Below are positions 30,897 to 41,677 of a stretch of DNA of 64,000 bases, in pieces. The stretch spans positions 601 through 64,600 of the forward strand of contig CAZYWG010000009.1 in NCBI GenBank assembly GCA_964651815.1, read 5' to 3'. Position 1 is the first letter of the stretch; each line of letters opens with the position of its first letter. The translations under genes were made by a program, and so were the position numbers. The notes beneath the pieces were generated by a model. The model did not search any database and was not told the origin of the DNA. It saw only the letters and a program-made list of their open reading frames with translations. The DNA comes from an uncultured Gammaproteobacteria bacterium (GTDB lineage: Bacteria; Patescibacteriota; Microgenomatia; Levybacterales; GWA1-39-11).

Positions 30897-31610
30897 ATGC
30901 AATCAAGGCTAGCACGAAGATCAGTAAAACAAAGTAAAAATCAGTTGTATATTTCACTCGCGGGGATTGTAGTTGTTTTATTCCTAGCAATCAATTTTGG
31001 GCCTTCTGTAATAGGTGGGGCGGGGAATATAATAGACAAAATTACTGGAAAATCAGGGCTGGATGCAATAGTTAAATCAAACGGACAAGTTCAACCCCCT
31101 ACTCTAGATCCCCTTCCTCAAGCCACTCCAAGTGCAACAATTAATATCAGCGGGAAAACAGATTATCCGAATGGTAATGTTGAGCTTTTTGTAAATAATT
31201 CTTTATCTGATCAAACAAAAGTTGAAACTAATCAGACCTTTAACTTCAAAGAGGTAAATCTAACCTCCGGTAACAACGCTATTAAAGTAAGAATGGTAAT
31301 CAATGACCAAAAAAGTGATTTTTCCGGTGAAGAAGATGTTATGTATACAAAAAATGCACCTAAGCTCGACATTTCAAACCCGCAGGACAAGCAAAATTTT
31401 ACAAAGGCCGACCAGCAAATAGTAGTTAACGGTACCACAGATCCTGATAGTTCTGTGAGAGTTAACGGTTTTGTGGCGATTGTAGACAATCAGGGCAACT
31501 TTTCTTACAATTTAGGCTTAAACCAAGGGGATAATAAAATTGCAATTGTTGCAACCGGTGCATCAGGTCAAACTACTGAGAAAGATCTTACCGTTTCATA
31601 TTCACCGTAG
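30897..31610 (+). CDS. Membrane-anchored protein with two bacterial Ig-like domains
   Basis: N-terminal TM; beta-rich repeats ISGKTD...L.SGNN.I and VNGTTDP...GNF...LNQGDNKI. Confidence 0.75.
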   Translation: MQSRLARRSVKQSKNQLYISLAGIVVVLFLAINFGPSVIGGAGNIIDKITGKSGLDAIVKSNGQVQPPTLDPLPQATPSATINISGKTDYPNGNVELFVNNSLSDQTKVETNQTFNFKEVNLTSGNNAIKVRMVINDQKSDFSGEEDVMYTKNAPKLDISNPQDKQNFTKADQQIVVNGTTDPDSSVRVNGFVAIVDNQGNFSYNLGLNQGDNKIAIVATGASGQTTEKDLTVSYSP

Positions 31611-32787
31611 CACCAATTATGATAAATACCCACGCAAGAATTAAAGTATAGAAAAGAGTGTTAATAAATAGTGAATTAAACATTAATGCGCAAAGAATTG
31701 GAAATGCCGCAACTGACAAAACATTTTTTTCTGAAATTCTAGTCTTCAAGTTTTTCATAAGTTCAAAAATAAAAACTATAAAAGCTATAAATCCTATAAC
31801 TCCAGTTGTCGCAAGAATTAAGAGATACGAATTATCTGTACTGGCTGCAGAATTATTAGGTATATCAGAGATATCGCGACTGTATCCATATCTTAGCTGG
31901 GCATAACGGTATGCACCAAACCCAACACCTAAAATTGGATTTCTTCCAACTATTGAAAGGGCAACTCCTGCCGAGTCAACTCTTTCCAATGCTGAAAAAG
32001 TTCTAAACGGATTTAATCCCTCAACCGAGCTATTTGAAAAAGCCAACAATAGTACCGCAAGAAGTATAATAACAGGATAAATTATTTTGTTTTTATTAGA
32101 TACTATAAGAAGAATCACAATTCCTACTATCATTGATAAGAATGCCGATCTTGAGTAAGTTAAATATATTGAAATAAGTGTAAATAAACCTAAGAAAGCT
32201 AATAACGCAGTCATACGAAGATTCGCCTTCCTAAAATAATAGAGAGTGCTACACGTGATTAAAATTAAAACAAAAACCATAAATATTCCGGCAAAGTTTG
32301 GGTCTAGCATTGTTGAAAAAAGGCGGTATAGATGATCATCCCATCCTGCATAATGTAAATTTTTTAAGTTTGGGTAAAAGAAATATTGCAAAAGACCCAA
32401 AAAAGCAAATAATGCGCCTGATGCTATAAGCTTTAAATGCAAAGTGGAAAGAAATTTTTTGTCCACAAACTGAAGTGCAAATATTAATGAATAATAAGAA
32501 GCCAATCGGATAAAATACAATAATGCGACAAAAAATGATAATCCGTTTAAGTGTGGAATATTAACTACCAATGATAGTAAACATGCAGACAAAAAAATTA
32601 AGAAGTATTTAAAGAGTCCCCTGTTTATTATTTTCTCTTTTTTGAATAATACTTTATAGAAAGTAACCAAAAAAATAATCCCCACTATTATGTCGTGTAT
32701 ATATAAAAACGCACCTGGAACAATGCTGATTCTCGTCAGCACTCCCAGCGGCAAAATGAAAGTCAATAAATTAATTAAGAGGCTCAT
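31588..32787 (-). CDS. O-antigen ligase/Wzy-like membrane protein
   Basis: R..STMLDPNFAG, TYSRSA, PILGVGFG, DNSYL...GVIG motifs. Confidence 0.85.
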   Translation of the reverse strand: MSLLINLLTFILPLGVLTRISIVPGAFLYIHDIIVGIIFLVTFYKVLFKKEKIINRGLFKYFLIFLSACLLSLVVNIPHLNGLSFFVALLYFIRLASYYSLIFALQFVDKKFLSTLHLKLIASGALFAFLGLLQYFFYPNLKNLHYAGWDDHLYRLFSTMLDPNFAGIFMVFVLILITCSTLYYFRKANLRMTALLAFLGLFTLISIYLTYSRSAFLSMIVGIVILLIVSNKNKIIYPVIILLAVLLLAFSNSSVEGLNPFRTFSALERVDSAGVALSIVGRNPILGVGFGAYRYAQLRYGYSRDISDIPNNSAASTDNSYLLILATTGVIGFIAFIVFIFELMKNLKTRISEKNVLSVAAFPILCALMFNSLFINTLFYTLILAWVFIIIGATVNMKR

Positions 32788-34325
32788 TTTTTGGAATATA
32801 GCTTAACACTTGTCCTAATATTTTGGTATTTTAACTTCCAATTTTGATAATCATTAGGAACCTGTCCCCTTATCAAAACGTAGTTAAAAAAATCCCCTTT
32901 TTTGTACCATGAAGAGTCAACAAATGGAAAATCCGCATAGTAAAGATTGTGGACATTGTAAACTAATACTTTATCACTCTTCTTAATGTTTTTCTTGAAG
33001 TATCCATCTATATCATAAAAATCGCCGAATGAAAAATTTAGGTGGTCCGTCAAAAACTTATCATTTGGTTCAATTCCCAAAATAACTGGGGTATACTTCA
33101 TGTTTGCGGCTCCACGGTAAACTATAGATACAATTGAAACTACAATAATTAGCGCAATTGAATATTTAAGTACAAATCTATCTTTCATGTAGGATAGTGA
33201 AAGTGCTACAAGTACGGAAAACGTGGGAAGATATGCCATAATAAACCTTCCACCACCGCTTTGTGGTGCTAAAAACCAGATGATAAACGAAATTACTGAG
33301 TAAACAACCAAGATCTTACCACCAAGCTTCATTTTTTTTAGACCAAGTAAAACAATTGGAAAGGTTATTAAATACACCGGTGAGATTGGATCGGCGCTGA
33401 AAAGAAAATTCAAAAAATTTGAAAAATGAAAATCCGGCGAAACTGGATAAATACCACTAAAAAACGGGTAGAAAGGGTTTTTTGTTGAAACGTAAGAGAA
33501 TATAAACCAAGGAAGTGGAACTATCAAAGATATAATCACATATAGAAAAGCGTGTTTTATGGACTTTCCAAAAAAGAGCGCCAGAAGTAAGAAAGTTGCA
33601 ATATCAAGTCCTGAAAAAAGCTTTGTTGTTATGGCAAGACCAAGACATATCGATGAAAAAATCAGGAACCTCACGTTTTTTTTCTCTATATAGATCAAAA
33701 AATAGAAAAGGGCAAAAATTTCAAAAAAAGTCCTACCAAGGTCAACGTATGCCGTGATTGACTGCCATCCAACTACTAAGTTCGAGTAGAAAATAACAAT
33801 TGCAAGTAACGATAGCTTTGGTGAAATAAATTTTCTACTTAACTTATAAATTAGTATTAACGTTCCTAATCCAAAAAGAAAGTGAATAAATTTAGCACCG
33901 GTTACAAAACCCGTTACCAAAACGGGAATATATAACATTTCAACAAGTTTTGGCATGTCAGAATAATAAAAAAGTCCGCCTGAAATGTGAAATATTTTTC
34001 CTTCTTGTAGAAAGATTTTGGGAAGCGTTAAGTGGTACCATAAAGCATCAAATCCAGTCTCAGGGCCTAATACACCAATAAGATTAACTAATATTTGTAC
34101 TAAAACGATTCCTAGAAGAAATTTTTCGAGAGGGGTAAGATCTTTGAGCCACTTTTTAATATTTCCAAAAACTGATATAGAGAAATTTTTCCATATAAGA
34201 ATTGTCACAAGTGTTACAAATATAAATGTGAGTGCTAATATATTTACTGTAGTTAAGGCATGAATTATACCAAGGAAGAAAATTACATAAGAGTATAATC
34301 CAATTAATAACGGCACTAAAAACAT
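32784..34325 (-). CDS. GT-C fold membrane glycosyltransferase-like protein
   Basis: P.TGFDALWYHL.LPK loop, YVD, many TM helices. Confidence 0.7.
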   Translation of the reverse strand: MFLVPLLIGLYSYVIFFLGIIHALTTVNILALTFIFVTLVTILIWKNFSISVFGNIKKWLKDLTPLEKFLLGIVLVQILVNLIGVLGPETGFDALWYHLTLPKIFLQEGKIFHISGGLFYYSDMPKLVEMLYIPVLVTGFVTGAKFIHFLFGLGTLILIYKLSRKFISPKLSLLAIVIFYSNLVVGWQSITAYVDLGRTFFEIFALFYFLIYIEKKNVRFLIFSSICLGLAITTKLFSGLDIATFLLLALFFGKSIKHAFLYVIISLIVPLPWFIFSYVSTKNPFYPFFSGIYPVSPDFHFSNFLNFLFSADPISPVYLITFPIVLLGLKKMKLGGKILVVYSVISFIIWFLAPQSGGGRFIMAYLPTFSVLVALSLSYMKDRFVLKYSIALIIVVSIVSIVYRGAANMKYTPVILGIEPNDKFLTDHLNFSFGDFYDIDGYFKKNIKKSDKVLVYNVHNLYYADFPFVDSSWYKKGDFFNYVLIRGQVPNDYQNWKLKYQNIRTSVKLYSKK

Positions 34326-34330
34326 TTTAA

Positions 34331-35839
34331 TTAAGTCTTGAAAACTATAAAAACTTTATTTTTAAAAACTTCTTTTTGCTTTTGTATAAATCTGGATAAC
34401 TTTGATTCATTTAGGTAATCGTTTTGAACTATTATATACTTAACTTGTTTGTTTTTAACTTCTGTAAGAATTACATCATCAGAATATTGATGCCAAAGCG
34501 GAGGAAAATAAATTATATCACTGGAGGGGTCCCGTCTCTCAAGAATAAAATATAGTTCAGGATAATAAGGGTACGCAAAAACATAGTCATTTTTTTGGGT
34601 TCTTGAATTTATGAAATTTGCGAGAGACATTATACCGTCTGCAGTTATCTTGTCAGTCTGAATTCCTTTTGTCCTTGGAAGATTTATAAAAGTATTTTGT
34701 GCGCTATAAGGCGGATGATAGCGATAATACTCACGGAAAAGAGTAAGGTAAAAACCTATCATGATCATTAAAGATATCATTAGAATGGCAAGTATATTCT
34801 TTTTTTGGTTGCTAATAAAAATTACCATTGCCAAAATAATGCTTCCCCAAAATGGATATACATGCAACAATTCGCTATTTGGGTAAATATAAGTAACAAA
34901 TCCCACAAGAGGAACTATAAACACTGACAGCAATTTCCAATTCTTATCTTTTAAAAATCTCCAAATAACAAAAAATGCAAAAATATAAGGTAAATAATAC
35001 GGTAACAGTTTAAGAATACCTGCGGGTTGTAAAATATAAGACAGAGGGGGATATGTAAAACCAAATTGAGTTGAGAATTTTCTGCTAAAATTTATAAACA
35101 TTAAGAGTCCAACAATATTGTCTTTCAAAAAAAAATAGTAAATCCAGAAAAACGACAACATCAATAATACTGAATCTAGGACTAGTAGGTTTTTTATTCT
35201 CTCAGACAGCTCTAATTTCTTTGAAAAAAAAACTAAAAAATTTATAACTAATATGAAGCCTAGACCTAAATTCTGGCGTACAGAAAATGATAAGGCAAGA
35301 AGCGTTCCAATTATGATTAGGTATATAAAACTCTTTTTACTTCTCGAATCGATCCAAGAGACAAAAACATATACTAGAATTTGAGAAATTAAAACCTCTG
35401 GCCAAACAGCAAGTGGAATATTAATCAATGGATACCCAAACGCTACAATTCCTAAAAAAGAAAGCAATATTATTTTAAAAGACGTCAGCTTTAGTATATT
35501 GAGGATTAAAAAAGTAAAACAAACAACAAGCGAACATACCAAAAGATTTAGACACCTCCCCACAATTATTGAAAATCCGAATACTTTATAAAGTAGCGCC
35601 AATAGGTAAAAATAGGCCGGGGTATATTGAAGCGCAAAATCTTTATACGGAATTTCTCCCTTTGCTATCCTTTCTGCTGCGTGCAATGTATATCCTTCGT
35701 CAAATAGATCAAGACCTTTGTTTGCAAAATAAAGGTAATAGAAAAATGCGGCAACAATAAGCGCTACTTCAAACAATAAATATTTTTTTGTTTTAACTAC
35801 AGATTTAAAAAGTGCTTTGGGGTCACTAAATGATATCAT
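34331..35839 (-). CDS. GT-C fold membrane glycosyltransferase (ArnT/PMT-like)
   Basis: FDEG...GEIPYKDF..QYTP loop; many TM helices. Confidence 0.75.
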   Translation of the reverse strand: MISFSDPKALFKSVVKTKKYLLFEVALIVAAFFYYLYFANKGLDLFDEGYTLHAAERIAKGEIPYKDFALQYTPAYFYLLALLYKVFGFSIIVGRCLNLLVCSLVVCFTFLILNILKLTSFKIILLSFLGIVAFGYPLINIPLAVWPEVLISQILVYVFVSWIDSRSKKSFIYLIIIGTLLALSFSVRQNLGLGFILVINFLVFFSKKLELSERIKNLLVLDSVLLMLSFFWIYYFFLKDNIVGLLMFINFSRKFSTQFGFTYPPLSYILQPAGILKLLPYYLPYIFAFFVIWRFLKDKNWKLLSVFIVPLVGFVTYIYPNSELLHVYPFWGSIILAMVIFISNQKKNILAILMISLMIMIGFYLTLFREYYRYHPPYSAQNTFINLPRTKGIQTDKITADGIMSLANFINSRTQKNDYVFAYPYYPELYFILERRDPSSDIIYFPPLWHQYSDDVILTEVKNKQVKYIIVQNDYLNESKLSRFIQKQKEVFKNKVFIVFKT

Positions 35840-35930
35840 GTTTATAAATGCGCTCTTGACAGAAGATATACTAAATAAATAAATAGAATTGCTAAACTCC
35901 AGATTACATACATCACTTTAGGAATTTTTT

Positions 35931-36689
35931 TCACATCTCATTCCTCCACAGTAAAAAGAGTTTGCTTCTCACTAAAAATGAATGCAAAGACATGAACAGT
36001 GCAAAAACCAAACCCTCAATCCCATCCAAAAAACCTAACTTGAGAATATAGTTTTGAATAAATTTTGCTTTCGTATACAAAACTATAGAAAAAACTGAAG
36101 ATGTAACGCCTTTATTTTTCAATTCTCGAGCTCTTAATGTTGAGTAAAAATCAATTTCTTTTAAGAATTCCGCCGTAGTTTGGTGTGGGTAATGTGTTAA
36201 CTCGTGCTTTAACTCTCCTATGCGTCCTTTTATGTTCCAAACTTCATGAACATCTCCGCTCCATTTTCCAGATTCCTTTCCGCCAAGCCTTACTAACTTT
36301 ATATTTCCGGTTTCCCCGTGTTTTAACTTTTTACCCCACAAAACATCACTTCTTTTAACAAAAAACCCATTGTAATCTGTACTATTAATTCGTTCTTTAA
36401 CTTCATCAATTAAATTGCTTGATAAGCGCTCGTCAGCGTCTATAAATAGAACCCAGTTGTTTTTTGCTTTCTCAAGTCCAAAATTTCTTTGGGAGGAAAA
36501 ATTTCCATCAAGTTTTCTTTTAAATATTTTGACAGTTTTGAAATTTAATGTTTTTATGACTTCAAGCGTACGGTCTTCTGAATAATCGTCAATTACGACA
36601 ATTTCTGATATTTCAGATAAGCTCTCCAAACAATCCAAGATATTTTTTTCCTCGTTCTTAGTAAGAATTACAACAGATAGTTTAACCAT
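35931..36689 (-). CDS. Glycosyltransferase family 2 (WaaE/KdtX-like)
   Basis: SVVILTKNEE, QRNFGL, IDADE, GDVHE, GFLDG.EG. Confidence 0.92.
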   Translation of the reverse strand: MVKLSVVILTKNEEKNILDCLESLSEISEIVVIDDYSEDRTLEVIKTLNFKTVKIFKRKLDGNFSSQRNFGLEKAKNNWVLFIDADERLSSNLIDEVKERINSTDYNGFFVKRSDVLWGKKLKHGETGNIKLVRLGGKESGKWSGDVHEVWNIKGRIGELKHELTHYPHQTTAEFLKEIDFYSTLRARELKNKGVTSSVFSIVLYTKAKFIQNYILKLGFLDGIEGLVFALFMSLHSFLVRSKLFLLWRNEM

Positions 36690-36692
36690 TCA

Positions 36693-38900
36693 TTATTTTA
36701 CCATGATTTGATCATTTATAACTTTTATTCTTTCGCTACCCTCAATTACATATATTTTAGTTTTGACAGGAAAAGTGATAGGCGGATTATTACCAAGCCA
36801 CCAAGTTAAATACTCATAATTTGCGGTTGAACTGGCAAATTGTTGTCCTGGGCCTTTAAAAACCAGATTGTATCCCTGCCCTTTTGCAATTTTTAAAATT
36901 TGCTTTGATGATTCAATTCTGCCCGCAAGTCCATATAGAGTAGTATTATTCGAACTTACAAAAATAAACAAATTTAAGAAAACTATCGATAATATATAAA
37001 ATGTAGAGATGAAGACTTTAAACTTATTTACAGCTAGAACAAACAAAATAAGTAATATTGGGAATATCATTGGTAAATACGCGTCAGATGGCGTTTTTAT
37101 AGCAAAATACCCAACCATAGAAATTAATCCGGTCAAAAAAATCACTGATTCCGCTGACTCGAATTTATCACGAATAAAAATCCAGCCAGCCGAGACAAGA
37201 CTTAAGACCAACAACGCAAGTGAAATTACATAATTAGGAAATAAGAGATTTTCGTACTTTTCAACAAAAAAATTAAAAACAGACACATAGCTATGATTAT
37301 CCATGCTACTTCTCCTAAAGATTCCAACAAATTGAAGAATTTTATAACCTATCCAAAGTACAAACTTCAAAGTCTGGGGAAATCCGTGTCCTAAATCATA
37401 AAAAATAAATGGCGTCATGGGAGTTACAATACTAAGGAGTGAAAATAAAGCAAATTTTTTATTAACAACCCCCTTCACATATTTTTTCTTTCTTGCAAAA
37501 CCTAATGTGATATAGAAAACAATGACAGCCAAAAAAATTGAAGTTGCAATCTCAAAGTTGTAAAGAATTACCACTAGCATCAATACAACTGGGAGGGCTT
37601 TTACATTTAATTTTACAACCCACTGGAGCATAAAAAAAACAATTAGTAGTGTAAACAGTGGAATTGGACTTGTATGATACGGCATTTTGGAATACTCTAC
37701 TAAAATAGGCGAGGTAGCATAGACTAGTGAAGCAAAAATACCGACTTTTTTTGTGAAGAAAGTAGAACCTATCTTGTAAATTACAAAAATTGCCAAACAA
37801 TCAAGAAGTGCAGCTAAATATGCGCCTGAAACCGGATTAAAATTTGAGACTAGTAAAGCTCCAGCAAGTAAATACGTCCAAAAAGCACCTTGATGCAGCC
37901 ATGGATGACTCGAGGCAATTCCAACCAGAGGAAACTTACCATGGACAATAATATCTCTTGCCGATAAATAAAACCACGCTTGATCACCAATAAAAGTCAT
38001 GTTGCGAGAAATATCAAATAGTCTCAAAAATAAACCCGTTAAGATTACAAGTGAGAGGATCACGCTATATGTTGAAATAGATAATATAAAAGATACAATT
38101 ACAGCCCAGGTCAACCCGTAATTTTTTTTTAAATAGTAAAAGCGGCTTTCGTTAAATATTTTGCTTATATTTTTGTCACTTTTCTTTGTACTCTCCCCCC
38201 ACGCATGGTACACTTTAGCGTTAGAAAGCATGACTATTTTGTATCCAAGCACTTTTACTCTTTTGCACAAATCGTGTTCTTCAAAATACAAAAAAAAATT
38301 CTCATCAAAACCTCCTATTTTTTGAAAAATTATCTTTCTAATTATGAATGCAGACCCTGGAACGCTATCCACTTCCCGCACAGATTGCTTCATCCAATCA
38401 CTTCTCCAATATTTTTTAGAAATTGGGTTACCAGGAAAAATTTTATTAATAAGTGAAAATGCAAAAATGGCGCTTATCGGAGTTAATGTTCCAAACCCTT
38501 GGAGTGGATAAGGCTTGTCATTAATATCATAAAGTGTAGGGGCAGCTATTGCAGTATTTTTATTTCTTTCTAAATTATTTAACAATAATTTTATACTATC
38601 ATTCCGGATTATAGTGTCCGGATTTAAGAAAAATAAATAATCCCCTGATGCAGACTTCGAACCAACATTACATCCGTTAGCAAACCCACGGTTTGTATTA
38701 GGTATGTAGATCGTCTTTGGGAATCGTTGTTTTAAGTCTTTGGAAATACTTTTTACTTCATCATTATCTACTACAATAACTTCAAGCTTTATATTCTCAC
38801 CAGTACTTTTATAGATTGAATTGATACAAGTTAACAAAAGGTTCTTAACATGATAGTTAACTATTATTATAGAAATTCTAATCTTAGATTCACTTTTCAT
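36693..38900 (-). CDS. GT2 domain fused to a GT-C membrane domain
   Basis: N-terminal SIIIVNY, NRGFA.GCN, LNPD, GGFDENFFLYFEE; C-terminal FIGDQAW...QGAFW multi-TM domain. Confidence 0.8.
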   Translation of the reverse strand: MKSESKIRISIIIVNYHVKNLLLTCINSIYKSTGENIKLEVIVVDNDEVKSISKDLKQRFPKTIYIPNTNRGFANGCNVGSKSASGDYLFFLNPDTIIRNDSIKLLLNNLERNKNTAIAAPTLYDINDKPYPLQGFGTLTPISAIFAFSLINKIFPGNPISKKYWRSDWMKQSVREVDSVPGSAFIIRKIIFQKIGGFDENFFLYFEEHDLCKRVKVLGYKIVMLSNAKVYHAWGESTKKSDKNISKIFNESRFYYLKKNYGLTWAVIVSFILSISTYSVILSLVILTGLFLRLFDISRNMTFIGDQAWFYLSARDIIVHGKFPLVGIASSHPWLHQGAFWTYLLAGALLVSNFNPVSGAYLAALLDCLAIFVIYKIGSTFFTKKVGIFASLVYATSPILVEYSKMPYHTSPIPLFTLLIVFFMLQWVVKLNVKALPVVLMLVVILYNFEIATSIFLAVIVFYITLGFARKKKYVKGVVNKKFALFSLLSIVTPMTPFIFYDLGHGFPQTLKFVLWIGYKILQFVGIFRRSSMDNHSYVSVFNFFVEKYENLLFPNYVISLALLVLSLVSAGWIFIRDKFESAESVIFLTGLISMVGYFAIKTPSDAYLPMIFPILLILFVLAVNKFKVFISTFYILSIVFLNLFIFVSSNNTTLYGLAGRIESSKQILKIAKGQGYNLVFKGPGQQFASSTANYEYLTWWLGNNPPITFPVKTKIYVIEGSERIKVINDQIMVK

Positions 38901-38901
38901 G

Positions 38902-41562
38902 TTATTTCTTCTTGTAAACAAAAGCTAGAGTTGCCTCTCCAGCTTTTACGCTATATACCAGCCGATAATCTCGTTTTATTGGAGAATCGTCAAACCCATC
39001 ACGAATTATGTGATACCAATTAACGACAACATAATCATATTTATTTTTTTTTGACCAGTCAGAGTATTTTAAGTTATTAAATTTAGGAAATGTATGTTCG
39101 GGGGAAAGTGCTAGACCTACCTCTGCTCCCCTTTTTGCGTTTACTTTTAAGTAATACCCAGCCTCTCGTTCTCCCTGACCCCACCATCCAATTTGAAAAA
39201 GGTTGTGCTTATAAACATTCCCAGTCCCTCCAACAAGCTCGTTAAAATAATCTAAGTAATAAGGTTTTATTTGCCAAATTGAAATGAAAAGATATATCGC
39301 AAGAAAAAAACCAAGGGATAACTTTATTAGATTTCCTTTTGACAACTTTTTTGTTATATATTCAAACCCAAGTGCAGCAAGTAGCGCAATCGCCGGGTAT
39401 ATTTCTATAATGTATCTTAGACCGTGCTGTCGCCAAGAGTAGATGGAAAGACTAAACGGGACTAAAAACCATAGAAGAACTAGATAGTAATAAATAGTTT
39501 TCGTCTTAAATGTTTTATACACTCCGGCAAAGAATAAACCTAGTATTAAAACCGGAATTGTAATTAAAAAATAAACTATATAATAATAATCGGGAACCAT
39601 CGTTAAACGACCAAAAAAGATCTCGGGAGGTGAAAGCGTTATTAACCACGGCTTAGGGGAGAATTGGACACTCCAGGTTTTTTGATTAATCTCTTGAATT
39701 TCCTTCAAATGAAAAATTGATTGAGGCCAAATTACCACGAAAGTCAAAATGCTAATTAAAATGATTGCAGTTAATGCTTTCACCCTACTCTTTAAAAAAA
39801 CTTTTTTTACACTTTGTTTAGTTATTCGATATTGCAAGTAAAATATCACGATAAGAAGTGGAAAAAGAAGAATGTCGGTTTGTTTTGCCTGAAGTGCAAT
39901 TCCGGTTAGAATACCCGCAAGAATAACTCTTCTTATAGTAAATTTTTCAACAATCAAGATGTAACTATAAATCGCCAAAGGATAAACCAGAATTTTAAGG
40001 CTCTCCGTTGTGACAAGCTGAGAAAGGCCGATTGATGTAGGAAGCATTGAGAGAATAATTCCGGAAATGACGCCAACTGTTGGTGAAAATATTCTCCAGC
40101 CAATTAGCGCAACCATAACAACCCCCAAGGAAAACATAATTGCCGATAAAATCCTTGCATAAGTTAGATCATAGCGGAAAACAGGATCCCTGTTTTTTGT
40201 AAATTTTTCTATATCGAACCTTCCAGCCAATCCGTATAGGTATTTCACAAGTGGAGGGTGATTATAAGTACTAATAAAATAATTGTTATTAAAATCCCCT
40301 TTTGAAATAAGTTGATCTAGCTTATAACCCGGAGCAAGAAATTCCATCTCATCCCACGTACGTCCTATTTGGTCAATCGTCCACATTCGGAGCGACATAG
40401 AAAAAACAAAAATTATAACTAGGATACCAATTTTCAAAGCATTATTAGAATTAACTTTTGGAGTTTTTAAATTCAAAGCATTCACAAGGATAGATTCGAT
40501 TCTATTTACTGACATATCCCAAGCCCAATTCAAAACAACATGTTTTCTTGCTTCACTTCCTATCTTCGTTCTCAACTTATTATTAGAAAGAAGTTGAGCT
40601 ATTTTTCCAACCAAAATCTCTGCATTATTATCTATTAATAAACCGGTCTTGCCATCTATAACAGTTTCCTTATACCCTCCTTCGTTAAGCGCTATAACAG
40701 GCACACCACATGCTGCAGCCTCGAGCGGTATTAGTCCGAACGGTTCATCTCTCGATAGTGCAATTACTATTTTTGACCTTTGATACAAATTTCTTAACTT
40801 TTCATCTGATGTCCAATTACTACCCGTAAAGTGAAAATTTACTTTTATTTTCTTTTTTGTTAAATCTATTGCATTTCTCAACAAATCATATCCATCAAAA
40901 TTATCTTTTGACCCAATATACAAAACGTCGATGTCTTTTTTTGTGTTAGTTGGTAGGAAAAAATCAGTCTCGACTCCCAAATATGCTACCCTGCTCTCCA
41001 GTCCATAAGCTTTTTTTATGTTTTTTTGTGTAAAGAGAGAATTTGCCAATATCAGGTTAGTCGAGAAAATATTTTTTTTGTCGATAACTTTTCTAATATA
41101 TCGGGCCCCCTTCCCGTATATTTGCTTTAGTATCGGCAGGTTTTCATTTAATTTTAGCTTTGGTTCATAAACCATTCTTAGTATTTCTTCACAATAATAA
41201 ATTGTCATTGTTTTTAAATGCCTAAGAATAAATGGCGCCTGAGTATATTTTGATGGGTGAATAAAAATAATGTCATAGTTTTTGTTGTCGATCTCATATG
41301 CAATTTTCCTGTGAAGTCTGTAAAGCTGGTAAAGTTCCACTGTATCTTTATATAATCTTGTTTTCCAATTTCCACCACTCCATTCTTTGGGATTAAAGTG
41401 ATATTTGAAAACGTTGCTGAAAAAAATACGTTCCGAACTTTCATCTTTTTCATCAACTATATATAAATCAACAAGATTATTTTTTTTAAGTCTTTTTGCA
41501 ATCTCATTTACAGCTCGCCTAGCCCCCCCATTATGTAGCTCGTGGAAAATAGCAATTTTCAT
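38902..41562 (-). CDS. GT4 domain fused to a PMT-like GT-C membrane domain
   Basis: GGA, EPFGLIPLEAAACG (GT4); then TWDE...NHPPL multi-TM domain with C-terminal YFNEL.GG. Confidence 0.8.
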   Translation of the reverse strand: MKIAIFHELHNGGARRAVNEIAKRLKKNNLVDLYIVDEKDESSERIFFSNVFKYHFNPKEWSGGNWKTRLYKDTVELYQLYRLHRKIAYEIDNKNYDIIFIHPSKYTQAPFILRHLKTMTIYYCEEILRMVYEPKLKLNENLPILKQIYGKGARYIRKVIDKKNIFSTNLILANSLFTQKNIKKAYGLESRVAYLGVETDFFLPTNTKKDIDVLYIGSKDNFDGYDLLRNAIDLTKKKIKVNFHFTGSNWTSDEKLRNLYQRSKIVIALSRDEPFGLIPLEAAACGVPVIALNEGGYKETVIDGKTGLLIDNNAEILVGKIAQLLSNNKLRTKIGSEARKHVVLNWAWDMSVNRIESILVNALNLKTPKVNSNNALKIGILVIIFVFSMSLRMWTIDQIGRTWDEMEFLAPGYKLDQLISKGDFNNNYFISTYNHPPLVKYLYGLAGRFDIEKFTKNRDPVFRYDLTYARILSAIMFSLGVVMVALIGWRIFSPTVGVISGIILSMLPTSIGLSQLVTTESLKILVYPLAIYSYILIVEKFTIRRVILAGILTGIALQAKQTDILLFPLLIVIFYLQYRITKQSVKKVFLKSRVKALTAIILISILTFVVIWPQSIFHLKEIQEINQKTWSVQFSPKPWLITLSPPEIFFGRLTMVPDYYYIVYFLITIPVLILGLFFAGVYKTFKTKTIYYYLVLLWFLVPFSLSIYSWRQHGLRYIIEIYPAIALLAALGFEYITKKLSKGNLIKLSLGFFLAIYLFISIWQIKPYYLDYFNELVGGTGNVYKHNLFQIGWWGQGEREAGYYLKVNAKRGAEVGLALSPEHTFPKFNNLKYSDWSKKNKYDYVVVNWYHIIRDGFDDSPIKRDYRLVYSVKAGEATLAFVYKKK

Positions 41563-41677
41563 TTTTTATATGGCTTTACGCATTATATATAGTTCAGAGT
41601 TATAGCTCAAGGAATATTATAGACCTAAATCATTTGAGCATCTGATATCACATGTAGTATAATCCTCGATATCAATA

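Noticed and set aside
35856-35890. Plus-strand TTGACA antisense to the glycosylation genes
   Set aside because: No -10 hexamer at a convincing 16-18 nt spacing.
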